Source of the DNA: a phage
DNA: 51,285 bases
Sequence record: PZ445413.1
Strand: one strand, 5' to 3'
Part shown: positions 38,681 through 47,006 of the stretch, piece by piece
How the letters are laid out: the number at the start of each line of letters is the position of its first letter
How positions within the stretch are numbered: position 1 is the stretch's first letter
Notes under the pieces: model-generated
Told to the model about the DNA's origin: nothing
Seen by the model: only the letters and a program-made list of their open reading frames with translations
Databases searched by the model: none
Program-made: the position numbers and the translations under genes

Positions 38681-39096
38681 GAATATTTCGCCTCAAACAG
38701 ATAAGCACCACCAGCGGCAGAGAATCCGACCTCCTCCCGGTAAAGCGTCAAGCGGTCGCCGTCCTCGTCGAATACATAACCAGCAACGCCACCCAGCACG
38801 CGCCCTTGCTCGATCTGGTAGCGCTTGCCAGCTTTGAAGGTTTTCTTGATCTGCATTGAGTGATTTACCCAAGTGCATTTGATCGTTTTGGTTTTTAACT
38901 CAACGAATCTTGCAGCGATGCAACCTTTTGATACGCAAGCAATCTCGCCGCAAACACCAACGGCCAGGAAAATTTTTTCCTTGCCTTTGCCGATAGAAAT
39001 ATTGCCTTCATCATCAACGCGTGCTGAATACAGGCGATTTTCAATGAAAGATTCGGTGATGGTTGATGTGCATTTGAGTTTGATTGTCTTAGCCAT
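38677..39096 (-). CDS. paralog-family protein with internal tandem duplication
   Basis: 139 aa; two copies of K-x-K-C...G-K-x-Y module; RBS aaaggagc. Confidence 0.45.
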   Translation of the reverse strand: MAKTIKLKCTSTITESFIENRLYSARVDDEGNISIGKGKEKIFLAVGVCGEIACVSKGCIAARFVELKTKTIKCTWVNHSMQIKKTFKAGKRYQIEQGRVLGGVAGYVFDEDGDRLTLYREEVGFSAAGGAYLFEAKYS

Positions 39097-39124
39097 TTTG
39101 ATTTGCTCCTTTCGTTTGGTGTGT

Positions 39125-39172
39125 TTGCATTATGCCAGGCTTTTACACCTGGCTTTTAACAAAAAGTGCTAT
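39125..39172 (-). repeat. box cassette (minus strand)
   Basis: minus ATAGCACTTTTTGTTAAAAGCC; hairpin gccagg/cctggc; CATAAT; RBS aaaggagc. Confidence 0.5.
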
Positions 39173-39864
39173 TTTGAATTAAAGATCATGACGGCGCGCG
39201 CAAAGCCGCGAGGGGTAAGTGAGCGCAATTGCTTTGTCCTGGCAGACTTTCCGCCTAAATACTTCCACGCCCAAAAGAAACCGATATTGATCGGGCCTGG
39301 TACTTTATCAGGCATTACAAAACCGTTACCGCACCAAATGCAAGTTTTCTTTGTGTACCCGTCGAAAGCTGGCATTTTTGGATGATAAGGCTTTTCATCC
39401 TCTCGCATGTATCCGCCGTATTCGAACGGGTGAAAGTAATGGTTTGGTTTGCGCCATTTAGTTGACAGAAGCCCCACGGGATTTTCCACCATCCAGGGGC
39501 AACCATAGCGATTGCCTAACGCCTCAACCAGTTTTGCATTACTGACAGCCAGATCAACAGCGTCCTCGTTGCGCTCATGCTTGCGCCCACTATGCGCTAA
39601 CTCAGTGCATGACGGGAAAGCAAAAATAATGTCAGGCTTGCCGATTACCTTTTGCTGGTTCCCTGATAGGTAAGCCACCGAGCCAGCCGGATCAAACGTT
39701 TCATCAATCCAGGCATTCACATAATGCAGGTTTTCATGCTGCATCTTGATTTCGTATTCGCCGTGATCCGCTGTATCAGCATTGAAACAGAAAACAGTGT
39801 GACCAGCTTTCGCCCAATCCAGGCCCATAATGCCGGAGCCGTCAAACAGTGACCAAATAACCAT
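39169..39864 (-). CDS. DNA (cytosine-5) methyltransferase-like protein (divergent)
   Basis: 231 aa; motif I-like LFDGSGIMG; motif IV-like FPSCTELAHSGRK (PSC in place of PCQ); motif VI-like MVENPVG; RBS gagggtga; stop TAG inside box. Confidence 0.4.
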   Translation of the reverse strand: MVIWSLFDGSGIMGLDWAKAGHTVFCFNADTADHGEYEIKMQHENLHYVNAWIDETFDPAGSVAYLSGNQQKVIGKPDIIFAFPSCTELAHSGRKHERNEDAVDLAVSNAKLVEALGNRYGCPWMVENPVGLLSTKWRKPNHYFHPFEYGGYMREDEKPYHPKMPAFDGYTKKTCIWCGNGFVMPDKVPGPINIGFFWAWKYLGGKSARTKQLRSLTPRGFARAVMIFNSK

Positions 39865-39873
39865 AATTCACCC

Positions 39874-40098
39874 TCAGAATGGAAAACAACGCTTGCATGA
39901 TGGATCGAAATTGCAGCCGCAATCGTTAATGATTGTTGTCGGATCTGCAAGAATAGCGCCACATTCTTGATCCATGTCCATTGCACCCAACGCATCATCA
40001 AGGCTGATTAATTTATACGCAACCTCTAACGCAGCCTCTTTGTTTAGTCCAGCCGCCTCCGCTTCATGCAGTCGCGCAAAGAAACCATCTTGAGCCAT
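39874..40098 (-). CDS. hypothetical protein
   Basis: 74 aa; RBS gaggtga. Confidence 0.4.
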   Translation of the reverse strand: MAQDGFFARLHEAEAAGLNKEAALEVAYKLISLDDALGAMDMDQECGAILADPTTIINDCGCNFDPSCKRCFPF

Positions 40099-40160
40099 TT
40101 AATTTCACCTCGCAATTATTGTTGGGCGGCGCAAAATCCGCCCTTTGAACCAATCAGGAA

Positions 40161-40382
40161 TCAGAACCATTTTTCAATCAAGAAAGACAGATCATCAATC
40201 ATCGCGTAAGCATCGCTTTCCGTCATGCGGCGAATCTTTCCGCCTGGGTGCTCGCCTACCGCGTAGCCTGTTTTGATTTTGGTAATCGTCAACTGATGGA
40301 AACCAGAAGCGCGATCCATTTTGAGCACCGCTTTACCGTTTGCTTTGACCAGCTTCATGATTGATTCAGTTTTGATTTTCAT
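40161..40382 (-). CDS. small hypothetical protein
   Basis: 73 aa; preceded on minus strand by box + hairpin containing TGgTATAAT + RBS. Confidence 0.4.
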   Translation of the reverse strand: MKIKTESIMKLVKANGKAVLKMDRASGFHQLTITKIKTGYAVGEHPGGKIRRMTESDAYAMIDDLSFLIEKWF

Positions 40383-40411
40383 TGCTTTATTTCCTTGTTT
40401 CGTTTGTTGAT

Positions 40412-40460
40412 GCGCCCATTATACCAGGGCGCGTGATTTCGTTTTAACAAAAAGTGCTAT
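40412..40460 (-). repeat. box cassette with extended -10 in hairpin loop (minus strand)
   Basis: minus ATAGCACTTTTTGTTAAAAC then gcgccc-TGGTATAAT-gggcgc. Confidence 0.55.
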
Positions 40461-40461
40461 T

Positions 40462-40659
40462 TCAAAGATATGTGATTTTATCTTCCGTTACCCACTCGCA
40501 GCGCTGACGCTCTACAACCTTTTTGTAATTCCGGTTGATGTGATGCGTGTTGTAGTCCTCAAACGCCTGGATTGCGTTAACCAGGTTGTTAGCGGTTGCA
40601 ATTAGCGTTTTGTCGTTCCTGTCAATCCTGCTTACAAGATACGCAGCATATCTAATCAT
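40462..40659 (-). CDS. hypothetical protein
   Basis: 65 aa; ATGA overlap with upstream gene. Confidence 0.35.
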   Translation of the reverse strand: MIRYAAYLVSRIDRNDKTLIATANNLVNAIQAFEDYNTHHINRNYKKVVERQRCEWVTEDKITYL

Positions 40660-40889
40660 TTAGGGAGCCTTATTTCGTTGTACTCGCAAAACTCGATCAC
40701 GTAAGGGCACTCTTTCGGCTCCTCCTGGCCTTTCATCACCTCGCAACCCTGATTGAATAGGTTGCAGTGTTGGCACAGCCAGCCGCCGCAATGCTCCTCA
40801 ACTATCGACAACCCATTGCACCGACCGCCGCCGAACCTATGCGGGAAATCGTAAGCGGTGCAGGTGCATGTTACCTGGTGGCGTGCCAT
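40656..40889 (-). CDS. cysteine-rich protein (putative zinc-binding)
   Basis: Start at internal Met overlapping upstream stop (taATG); ~13 Cys in 77 aa. Confidence 0.4.
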   Translation of the reverse strand: MARHQVTCTCTAYDFPHRFGGGRCNGLSIVEEHCGGWLCQHCNLFNQGCEVMKGQEEPKECPYVIEFCEYNEIRLPK

Positions 40890-41083
40890 TAACCAATCTC
40901 CAGAGTTGATGGCGTAACGCCGGACTCGATAAGCCTCCACATTTCATTGCATTTATCGCGCCCATGCTCCTTAATAAATTTTGGCATATCAAGACGGCTG
41001 TTTATGCGATCCATTTGGTTACAGCTTCCGCTCATTTGCACAAGTCGGAAAAACTCGCTGAATTGCTCTTTTGTAAATGTCAT
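40889..41083 (-). CDS. hypothetical protein
   Basis: 64 aa; RBS gaggag. Confidence 0.4.
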   Translation of the reverse strand: MTFTKEQFSEFFRLVQMSGSCNQMDRINSRLDMPKFIKEHGRDKCNEMWRLIESGVTPSTLEIG

Positions 41084-41286
41084 TTTGCGATCTCCTCAAA
41101 GTGATAATTGTCAATTCCAGCACCGCGAATTACATGATCGTATCGGAACAACCACAATTCCAACCCGTTATCGTCGATGATATGCGGATCATTTTCCCAG
41201 CGACCGCGCAATCTGTACTCTTTGCCCTCAGTGAATCGCCAAACGTTCAAATTATCGTTTTCGGCTTTGATGCAGCGTAATTTCAT
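41080..41286 (-). CDS. small protein, paralog-family member
   Basis: 68 aa; MKLRCIKAEN...EGKEYRLRG motif; overlaps neighbours. Confidence 0.4.
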   Translation of the reverse strand: MKLRCIKAENDNLNVWRFTEGKEYRLRGRWENDPHIIDDNGLELWLFRYDHVIRGAGIDNYHFEEIAK

Positions 41287-41507
41287 TATTCACCTTCCAC
41301 AGTTTCAAACACGGTATTGAATGCCAGAAGTTTAAATTTCTTCCCTGGCTCAACCACTGCGATATTCCAGGTAATGCCGCCGTGATATGCAACCATATCC
41401 TCAATATCGACGGTGATTTGTGCGCCTTTCTTGAATAACCCTTTCTCGTGGGTAGCGTCACGTTCGGTAACTACTGTTTCGAATTGGGTTTGTTGTTCAA
41501 AGTTCAT
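41286..41507 (-). CDS. hypothetical protein
   Basis: Start at Met with leader caaccaatcaggagaatcaaacg-ATG; 73 aa. Confidence 0.4.
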   Translation of the reverse strand: MNFEQQTQFETVVTERDATHEKGLFKKGAQITVDIEDMVAYHGGITWNIAVVEPGKKFKLLAFNTVFETVEGE

Positions 41508-41532
41508 CGTTTGATTCTCCTGATTGGTTGAT

Positions 41533-41582
41533 GGGGCTATTATGCCAACTAACCCCGATCCAGTTTTAACAAAAAGTGCTAT
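41533..41582 (-). repeat. box cassette (minus strand)
   Basis: minus ATAGCACTTTTTGTTAAAAC; gggg...CATAAT...cccc; leader caaccaatcaggag. Confidence 0.5.
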
Positions 41583-41857
41583 CAAGCCTTTTTCATTTCA
41601 TCGCTGATGAATTTCAGCACCTGGCGCAAGAAAACCTCGTTGCTAATAGTCGCTGGCAATTCCTCTTTAATTTCTTGCGGGAGGTAAACGTTGCCATGCC
41701 AGGTTAAGTTGTCATAGTTGATGCTGTAGGAGCAAAGCCATTCGCAATCGTTATCAGCTTCCCAAATGCACAGTTGCAGACCGTCGCCGAAATCCTCAAC
41801 AGTCAGATCCAGACCGCGTTTCTTGGCAAAGTTGAAAGTAGTTTTGCTGATGTTCAT
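41582..41857 (-). CDS. hypothetical protein (first gene of leftward early operon)
   Basis: 91 aa; leader cccaatcaggagcaagcgagc-ATG; box cassette upstream. Confidence 0.45.
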   Translation of the reverse strand: MNISKTTFNFAKKRGLDLTVEDFGDGLQLCIWEADNDCEWLCSYSINYDNLTWHGNVYLPQEIKEELPATISNEVFLRQVLKFISDEMKKA

Positions 41858-41898
41858 GCTCGCTTGCTCCTGATTGGGTATCTCGTTTCGATGAAGTA

Positions 41899-41942
41899 AC
41901 TATAGCAAATCAGATCAGATCGCTTTTAACAAAAAGTGCTAT
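41899..41942 (-). promoter_or_regulatory. box-type promoter cassette for leftward early operon
   Basis: minus-strand ATAGCACTTTTTGTTAAAAG, 19 nt, TATAGT; no upstream gene, so the box is not merely a stop-codon context. Confidence 0.45.
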
Positions 41943-42257
41943 TGATGGATTGTGTATAAAACAACCGCTTTGCAGCACCATTGCAAAATCTGAAATGATA
42001 GCCGCATATCGTTGCACATCATGCAAGATAGTGATTGTTGCAGTTTAGACAATAATTAGTGTGAATTTTTACTGATTGTGTGGGGAATGGTGAAACCTGG
42101 TTCGCGAGTGTCAAGTTTTCGCTCTCGCCACGGCGCCTTGTCTCCTCTTGTTCAGGGGTGTTCACAGATTTCTCCGCATTGTTTCCGCGCCGTTTTTCGG
42201 TGTTGAGTAAACAAAATAAACACTATAAATCCTCTATAATACATTGAAATTAAAGTA

Positions 42258-42283
42258 TATTTATTTATATATATCTATTTGTT
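42258..42283. repeat. 26-bp AT-rich repeat, copy 2
   Basis: TATTTATTTATATATATCTATTTGTT identical to 20785-20810; in early divergent control region. Confidence 0.6.
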
Positions 42284-42516
42284 GTTTTTATTGTTCACAC
42301 TGTTTATGGTGGATATGGGATAGTGTCTGGATTGATGTATAGTGATATATGGGTATGCGCTCGCCTGGGTGGGGTGGCTTGTGCGCATCTATATATATTT
42401 AATCCTCCGCAACTCGTTAACAGCGTTAACAGAAAAAAAGACAGCCTGTTTTCAATGACTTAGGCGCTGTTTTGTCTTTTTGTGCGGTTGTAGTCGTCTG
42501 TTAAACAAAATAAACA

Positions 42517-42544
42517 TTGACACGTCGCGCGGCCTGATTATAAT
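42517..42544 (+). promoter_or_regulatory. consensus sigma70 promoter for rightward early operon
   Basis: TTGACA - 16 nt - TATAAT about 30 nt upstream of ATG 42576. Confidence 0.6.
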
Positions 42545-42575
42545 GGCTCCCGAACCAATCAGAGGAGGAATCACG

Positions 42576-43034
42576 ATGGAAGAAAAAACCACGAAAGATT
42601 ATTGCAATTGGTTGCGAGCGCTGGGAAAGCGGCTGGCAGACGGTGAGATTGAGGAGTATCGCCTATCGCTTGATATTCTCGCCAGCAACCACAACGGCGA
42701 TGATTACTACAAGATCACGAAAAGCGTTTCGTATTCCAGGACAATTATCAACCGCGTGCCGGAAGTGAAAGCGGCTGGCACAATCAGCATTAAGGTTGAG
42801 GAAACGGACGACGAGCGGTTTTACGTGTTCCGCCTGAATCGCGATGCAAAGCGTAAGGTGCTGACCAGCGAAGATGTGAGCGCAATCGAACAAAAGGCAG
42901 TGGCAAAAGCGATGCGCGGTTTGCTGCATACCATGCCGAACATTGCAGATTTGAGCGGCGAGAAAGCAGAGGGCGCGCTTATTATGGCGCAGCGTTACCA
43001 GGCAATTATTGGAAATATGATCAAAGGAGAATAA
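42576..43034 (+). CDS. hypothetical protein (first gene of rightward early operon)
   Basis: ATG 42576 after leader aaccaatcagaggagg and consensus promoter TTGACA-16-TATAAT. Confidence 0.5.
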   Translation: MEEKTTKDYCNWLRALGKRLADGEIEEYRLSLDILASNHNGDDYYKITKSVSYSRTIINRVPEVKAAGTISIKVEETDDERFYVFRLNRDAKRKVLTSEDVSAIEQKAVAKAMRGLLHTMPNIADLSGEKAEGALIMAQRYQAIIGNMIKGE

Positions 43035-43037
43035 ACC

Positions 43038-43289
43038 ATGAACCACGCAGACATTCGCAAAGTAGCAGAGCAGATCGTTGAAATCCTGGGCGAACACCGC
43101 CCTAACTCTAAATGCTGGGATCTGATTATCAAAGATGTTCATCACCTGCAACAGCCCCGCGTTCGCCTGGTGTCCGGTGATTTGAATATTGAATATATTG
43201 TCGGATCGCCAGCGCTTGAAACGGCAATGAATGCGCTTATGCGTGAGGGTGAGAAATTCACAGTTGAACCAGTGGAGGGCAAGAAATGA
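43038..43289 (+). CDS. hypothetical protein
   Basis: 83 aa; RBS aaaggaga. Confidence 0.45.
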   Translation: MNHADIRKVAEQIVEILGEHRPNSKCWDLIIKDVHHLQQPRVRLVSGDLNIEYIVGSPALETAMNALMREGEKFTVEPVEGKK

Positions 43290-43606
43290 ACAAATTCAAA
43301 GTAGCGTTAGGCGCAATCCTGGTTGTTGCTGGCGTGGTGATGCTGACTGGTTGCGATAGCGACACCCGCACGCCGGAACATGCACGCATTAGAATGCAGG
43401 TTGAAACAGGAGCAGATCACGACCGCGCGAGTGTGCGCAAGTTAACTGAATTTGCTGATGGCCTGGCGTACAACGACAAGCGCGGGATTTACATCATCAC
43501 CGATAAGCAGACGGGCAAAGAGTACATCGGCGTTTCTGGTGTTGGTATCACAGAAACCGGATCGCACGCTTGCGGCAAGGGTTGCACACGCCAGGACGAG
43601 CGATAA
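43286..43606 (+). CDS. lipoprotein (superinfection exclusion candidate)
   Basis: 106 aa; signal peptide with lipobox LTGC. Confidence 0.5.
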   Translation: MNKFKVALGAILVVAGVVMLTGCDSDTRTPEHARIRMQVETGADHDRASVRKLTEFADGLAYNDKRGIYIITDKQTGKEYIGVSGVGITETGSHACGKGCTRQDER

Positions 43607-43689
43607 TGAAAGAGCCTGGACAATTTGCAATAGGAATTTTTATCTGGCTTGCGGTCATATTCTGGATCGCGTGGATTATCGCAAGATAG
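43606..43689 (+). CDS. small hydrophobic peptide (27 aa, single TM)
   Basis: taATG overlap with lipoprotein gene; MKEPGQFAIGIFIWLAVIFWIAWIIAR; stop TAG inside box; not in ORF track. Confidence 0.3.
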   Translation: MKEPGQFAIGIFIWLAVIFWIAWIIAR

Positions 43690-43735
43690 CACTTTTTGTT
43701 AAAACTCGATTCAGGGGTTGCGATATAGTAACCCC
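43686..43735 (+). repeat. box cassette with TATAGT in hairpin loop
   Basis: ATAGCACTTTTTGTTAAAAC; ggggtt-gcgaTATAGTa-acccc; leader aacgagga. Confidence 0.55.
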
Positions 43736-43760
43736 ATCGAAACGAAACGAGGATTTAGCA

Positions 43761-43919
43761 ATGACCACTTTGATTACCTGGGAACACGAGCAAAGCCAGC
43801 CAGTAACCCGCGAGTTTGAAACACTGAGCCAGGCGTATTTGCTGGCGGCAAACGGCGGTTACTACAAGGCGCAAGTGATTGATGAAATGGGGGTTGTTGT
43901 TTATGAGTTTAAAGCGTGA
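43761..43919 (+). CDS. small hypothetical protein (52 aa)
   Basis: Conserved leader aacgagga-N8-ATG after box + hairpin cassette; not in ORF track. Confidence 0.4.
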   Translation: MTTLITWEHEQSQPVTREFETLSQAYLLAANGGYYKAQVIDEMGVVVYEFKA

Positions 43920-44100
43920 TGTTGTGTACGAGTCCCGCTATGGGACTCGACAATATAAATGGGATGGCTTGCACGTATGGACGCGCGGTTTTCCTGGTGA
44001 GATCTGGAGGCTGGCGGCTGGGTGGCCTCAACCGCAAATGAGCAAGCGGGATCTTGAATACTACGTCAACAAGGGCGAATTTGTGGAGGCTGAACAATGA
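43903..44100 (+). CDS. hypothetical protein
   Basis: 65 aa; in-frame Met within ORF-track 43879-44100; overlaps previous gene. Confidence 0.35.
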   Translation: MSLKRDVVYESRYGTRQYKWDGLHVWTRGFPGEIWRLAAGWPQPQMSKRDLEYYVNKGEFVEAEQ

Positions 44101-44246
44101 TTCACGTCCTAATCCTGGTGATTTCCACCATGCAAGGCGAGGCGGTTACAACGCAGGAATTCCACAGCAAAGCGCGTTGCTTGGAGGCTCGCGAGGTGGT
44201 TATGAAACACGCATACAATGCAAGGGCGTTTTGCTTACTGAAATAG
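44097..44246 (+). CDS. small hypothetical protein (49 aa)
   Basis: ATGA overlap with previous stop; stop TAG inside box; not in ORF track. Confidence 0.3.
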   Translation: MIHVLILVISTMQGEAVTTQEFHSKARCLEAREVVMKHAYNARAFCLLK

Positions 44247-44286
44247 CACTTTTTGTTAAAACATCGCCGGAGCAATCCGGCATAAT
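44243..44286 (+). repeat. box cassette
   Basis: ATAGCACTTTTTGTTAAAAC; hairpin gccgg agcaat ccggc; CATAAT; leader aaacgagga. Confidence 0.55.
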
Positions 44287-44317
44287 ACACACATCGACAA
44301 CAAACGAGGAAATAACC

Positions 44318-44497
44318 ATGAAAAAATTAGGTTTAGGTTTGGGCTTTGGATTCGTCGCTTTTTGGATTGCTGCTGTTATCGGCTGGATCATGAATATCGT
44401 TGCAATGTTTGGCGAGATTTCTACTAACGAGCTAATCATTCGCGCGGTCGGCGCTGTTATCGCCCCTGCTGGTGCAATCATGGGCTGGTTCATGTAA
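44318..44497 (+). CDS. small membrane protein (59 aa, two hydrophobic segments)
   Basis: Leader aaacgagga-N8-ATG; Gly/Ala/Ile-rich hydrophobic sequence. Confidence 0.45.
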   Translation: MKKLGLGLGFGFVAFWIAAVIGWIMNIVAMFGEISTNELIIRAVGAVIAPAGAIMGWFM

Positions 44498-44546
44498 TAG
44501 CACGAAATGTTAAGCGGTCATGTGTGCTGATTGGTATCATGACCGC
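44497..44546 (+). repeat. box cassette (variant)
   Basis: ATAGCACGAAATGTTAAG; long hairpin gcggtcatg...catgaccgc with TATCAT in loop. Confidence 0.45.
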
Positions 44547-44569
44547 ATCAACCAACGAGAGGAAAAACA

Positions 44570-44836
44570 ATGCACGTTAAATGCCGCAATGTTAATGATC
44601 GTTATTATCTGACTGACGGAAAGATTTACAAGGTTATCGCAAAGCAAGGTGATGCTTCAAAGTTTGATGGCGTAGTGGGTTATGGGTCATTTGAAATAAT
44701 CTGCGACGATGGCGATCCGATTTACTGCCTGTTTAATCATTGCGCCCATGCAGATTGGCAGATTGTTAGCGAAAAGCGCAACCCGTTCGCATTCTGGAAT
44801 AAACTGAAATCAGGAGCTTTGCACAATGCAATTTGA
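44570..44836 (+). CDS. small protein, paralog-family member
   Basis: 88 aa; MHVKCRNVNDRYYLTDGKIYKV motif; leader aacgagagg. Confidence 0.45.
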   Translation: MHVKCRNVNDRYYLTDGKIYKVIAKQGDASKFDGVVGYGSFEIICDDGDPIYCLFNHCAHADWQIVSEKRNPFAFWNKLKSGALHNAI

Positions 44837-45365
44837 GATTTGGGATCAAACCTACATTATGCCGTCACGCCACAAAGGGATCGTGATTGTTGATTACGAT
44901 GGCACGTTGAGCGATGGGAAACACCGCTTGCACCTGCTACCGACAAAGGATTTGCACCTAACTGAATCATGGAGCGAATTTAACCGCGCAGCCGTTAACG
45001 ATTTACCAATCAGTAGCACAATCGCCATCATTAACGGTCTTTGGGTGTCAGGCTTTGCCGTAATAATCCTAACAGGACGCAGTGACGAGGTAATGAAAGA
45101 ATCAGTCGATTGGCTCACTGACAACGGCGTGCATTACGATCACATTATCATGCGCCGGAGCTTTGACAACCGCAAAGACACGATCATCAAAGAGGAGGTT
45201 TTGCGCGCTATCGGCCTGGAAAACATTGTGTGCGCCTTTGACGACTCGCCAACTGTTATTAAGCATATGCGCGGCCTGGGGATCACAACTTACGCGGTCA
45301 CTGACTACGGCGAGAATATACACAATCACCTGAAATCTCACGGCGTGGAGGAGTTGCAGAAATGA
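44826..45365 (+). CDS. HAD-superfamily hydrolase (nucleotide/polynucleotide phosphatase-like)
   Basis: 179 aa; HAD motif I DYDGT (IVIVDYDGTLSDGK). Confidence 0.5.
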   Translation: MQFEIWDQTYIMPSRHKGIVIVDYDGTLSDGKHRLHLLPTKDLHLTESWSEFNRAAVNDLPISSTIAIINGLWVSGFAVIILTGRSDEVMKESVDWLTDNGVHYDHIIMRRSFDNRKDTIIKEEVLRAIGLENIVCAFDDSPTVIKHMRGLGITTYAVTDYGENIHNHLKSHGVEELQK

Positions 45366-45541
45366 TGCAATCAACAGTGATTAAATTCCTGGGTAGTGAA
45401 TGCAAGGAAGTCAACGAGTGTTTCACCGCTGGCAAGCGTTATCATGCCAATGTGTCAAGCGCTGGCAATTACTTTGTGTACGACGACCACGGCGACACCT
45501 GGGCCATTGATCCAGATGATGATGATTTTGCGGTTGAATAG
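45362..45541 (+). CDS. small protein, paralog-family member (59 aa)
   Basis: ATGA overlap; ECKEVNECFTAGKRYHANV motif; acidic C-terminus; stop TAG inside box. Confidence 0.35.
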   Translation: MMQSTVIKFLGSECKEVNECFTAGKRYHANVSSAGNYFVYDDHGDTWAIDPDDDDFAVE

Positions 45542-45587
45542 CACGAATTGCTAAAACAGATTAACGGGGTTGCGTTATAGTAGCCCC
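45538..45587 (+). repeat. box cassette (variant)
   Basis: ATAGCACGAATTGCTAAAAC; gggg...TATAGT...cccc. Confidence 0.5.
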
Positions 45588-45613
45588 ACACCAAACGAGA
45601 GAAGGAAAACAAA

Positions 45614-45892
45614 ATGAAATTAGCACGCAACGCGGTTTATGCGATCGCCACCGAATTCGATGGAGCAACAAATTTTGTACACATCAATAAGAACGGAAAA
45701 ATTAACCCGTTCTTTCTTGAGAAACACGGCTTTGATGTTCACGGTGAATTGCGAAATCATCCAGAAGGATTGCATGAACACTGGAGGGGTGCGTTTAAAG
45801 CATATAAGTGCATAATGGTTCAAAGCCATGTAACAAAAGCAAGTGACGTTGATTTCAAGCGCTGCCGAAAGTTTGCACGCAACTATAAGTAA
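45614..45892 (+). CDS. hypothetical protein
   Basis: 92 aa; leader aaacgagagaagga. Confidence 0.45.
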   Translation: MKLARNAVYAIATEFDGATNFVHINKNGKINPFFLEKHGFDVHGELRNHPEGLHEHWRGAFKAYKCIMVQSHVTKASDVDFKRCRKFARNYK

Positions 45893-45955
45893 GACTTTCC
45901 GCAAGGCCGTTTGCGAGCGGCCTTATTGAAAGCAACCAACAAAGGAGAAATCAAG

Positions 45956-46534
45956 ATGGCTAAAATCATCATTCTGAATGCACCGCCAGGCGCTGGAAAA
46001 GACACAATCGGATCGCTGGTTAAGGATGAATCACCAGTGCCGTTGCGACTATTGAGCTTCAAACAACCGATGTTTGAGATCGCACTTGCCATGCTTGGCC
46101 CTGGTAAGTATCGCGAATTCTTGACGGCGTACAATGACCGCGAGCAGAAAGAAAAGCCGCATGACTTCCTGAATGGTATGAGTTGCCGCCAGTTCATGAT
46201 CTGGATTAGCGAGGAAGTAATCAAGCCGCGTTTCGGCAATGGGTATTTCGGCAAGCGGTTTGCAGAGGAAGCGGAACGCAGCGACATTCCGGTTATTTGC
46301 ACTGATGGCGGCTTTACCGATGAAGTGATCGAACTAATCAGAGGTGGTCATGAGGTGAAAGTTTGCCGCCTCCATCGCGAGGGGTTCACCTTCCAGGGTG
46401 ATAGCCGCGATTACATCCGAATCAGTAGCGCGCGCGACAACGTAAGTGGTTATTGCGAATACGACTATTACCTAATGGATAAAAACCCAATGGTGACAGT
46501 TGAGGAAATCATTCGCGATCACCTGGCAAAATAG
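45956..46534 (+). CDS. P-loop nucleotide kinase (dNMP kinase-like)
   Basis: RBS aaaggaga before ATG 45956; Walker A NAPPGAGKDT near N-terminus; ~190 aa. Confidence 0.45.
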   Translation: MAKIIILNAPPGAGKDTIGSLVKDESPVPLRLLSFKQPMFEIALAMLGPGKYREFLTAYNDREQKEKPHDFLNGMSCRQFMIWISEEVIKPRFGNGYFGKRFAEEAERSDIPVICTDGGFTDEVIELIRGGHEVKVCRLHREGFTFQGDSRDYIRISSARDNVSGYCEYDYYLMDKNPMVTVEEIIRDHLAK

Positions 46535-46574
46535 CACGAAATGTTAAAAGCGGGGCAGTTAGTCCCGCTATAAT
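46531..46574 (+). repeat. box cassette
   Basis: ATAGCACGAAATGTTAAAAG; hairpin gcggg...cccgc; TATAAT 46569-46574. Confidence 0.55.
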
Positions 46575-46607
46575 GCACCCATACCAACCAAACAAGGAAA
46601 CGACAAA

Positions 46608-47006
46608 ATGAATAGCTCAAAACGCCTCGACACTCACGACGCTGGTTATGTGATGAAGTGCATTTCTTCCAACTCTCACAATTTCATTGTCGGAAAGCAT
46701 TACCCTACTGAGCGTTGCACGATCACCGATTATAACCAGGGATGCCCAGATATTAACGGCGGCTTTGCACTAAACTACCAGCGCGGCAAGTATTACGGCG
46801 TAGAGGGTGCAACCATGATCGCAAGATTCATTATGGTAAAAGACAACAAAGGCCGTTACACTAAGCGCGACACATGCCGCAAACTGAAAGAAAAGCAGGA
46901 TTTCCGCCGTATGCGTCGATATATCCGCCAGATGTTGAAAACCAGCGAGCGCGGGAGCTATGAGTTTAAGATCCTGAATAGCCTAGCTCGCCGCTTAGGG
47001 AAATAA
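46608..47006 (+). CDS. paralog-family protein with basic C-terminal extension
   Basis: 132 aa; VMKCISSNSHNFIVGKHY motif; K/R-rich C-terminus. Confidence 0.45.
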   Translation: MNSSKRLDTHDAGYVMKCISSNSHNFIVGKHYPTERCTITDYNQGCPDINGGFALNYQRGKYYGVEGATMIARFIMVKDNKGRYTKRDTCRKLKEKQDFRRMRRYIRQMLKTSERGSYEFKILNSLARRLGK

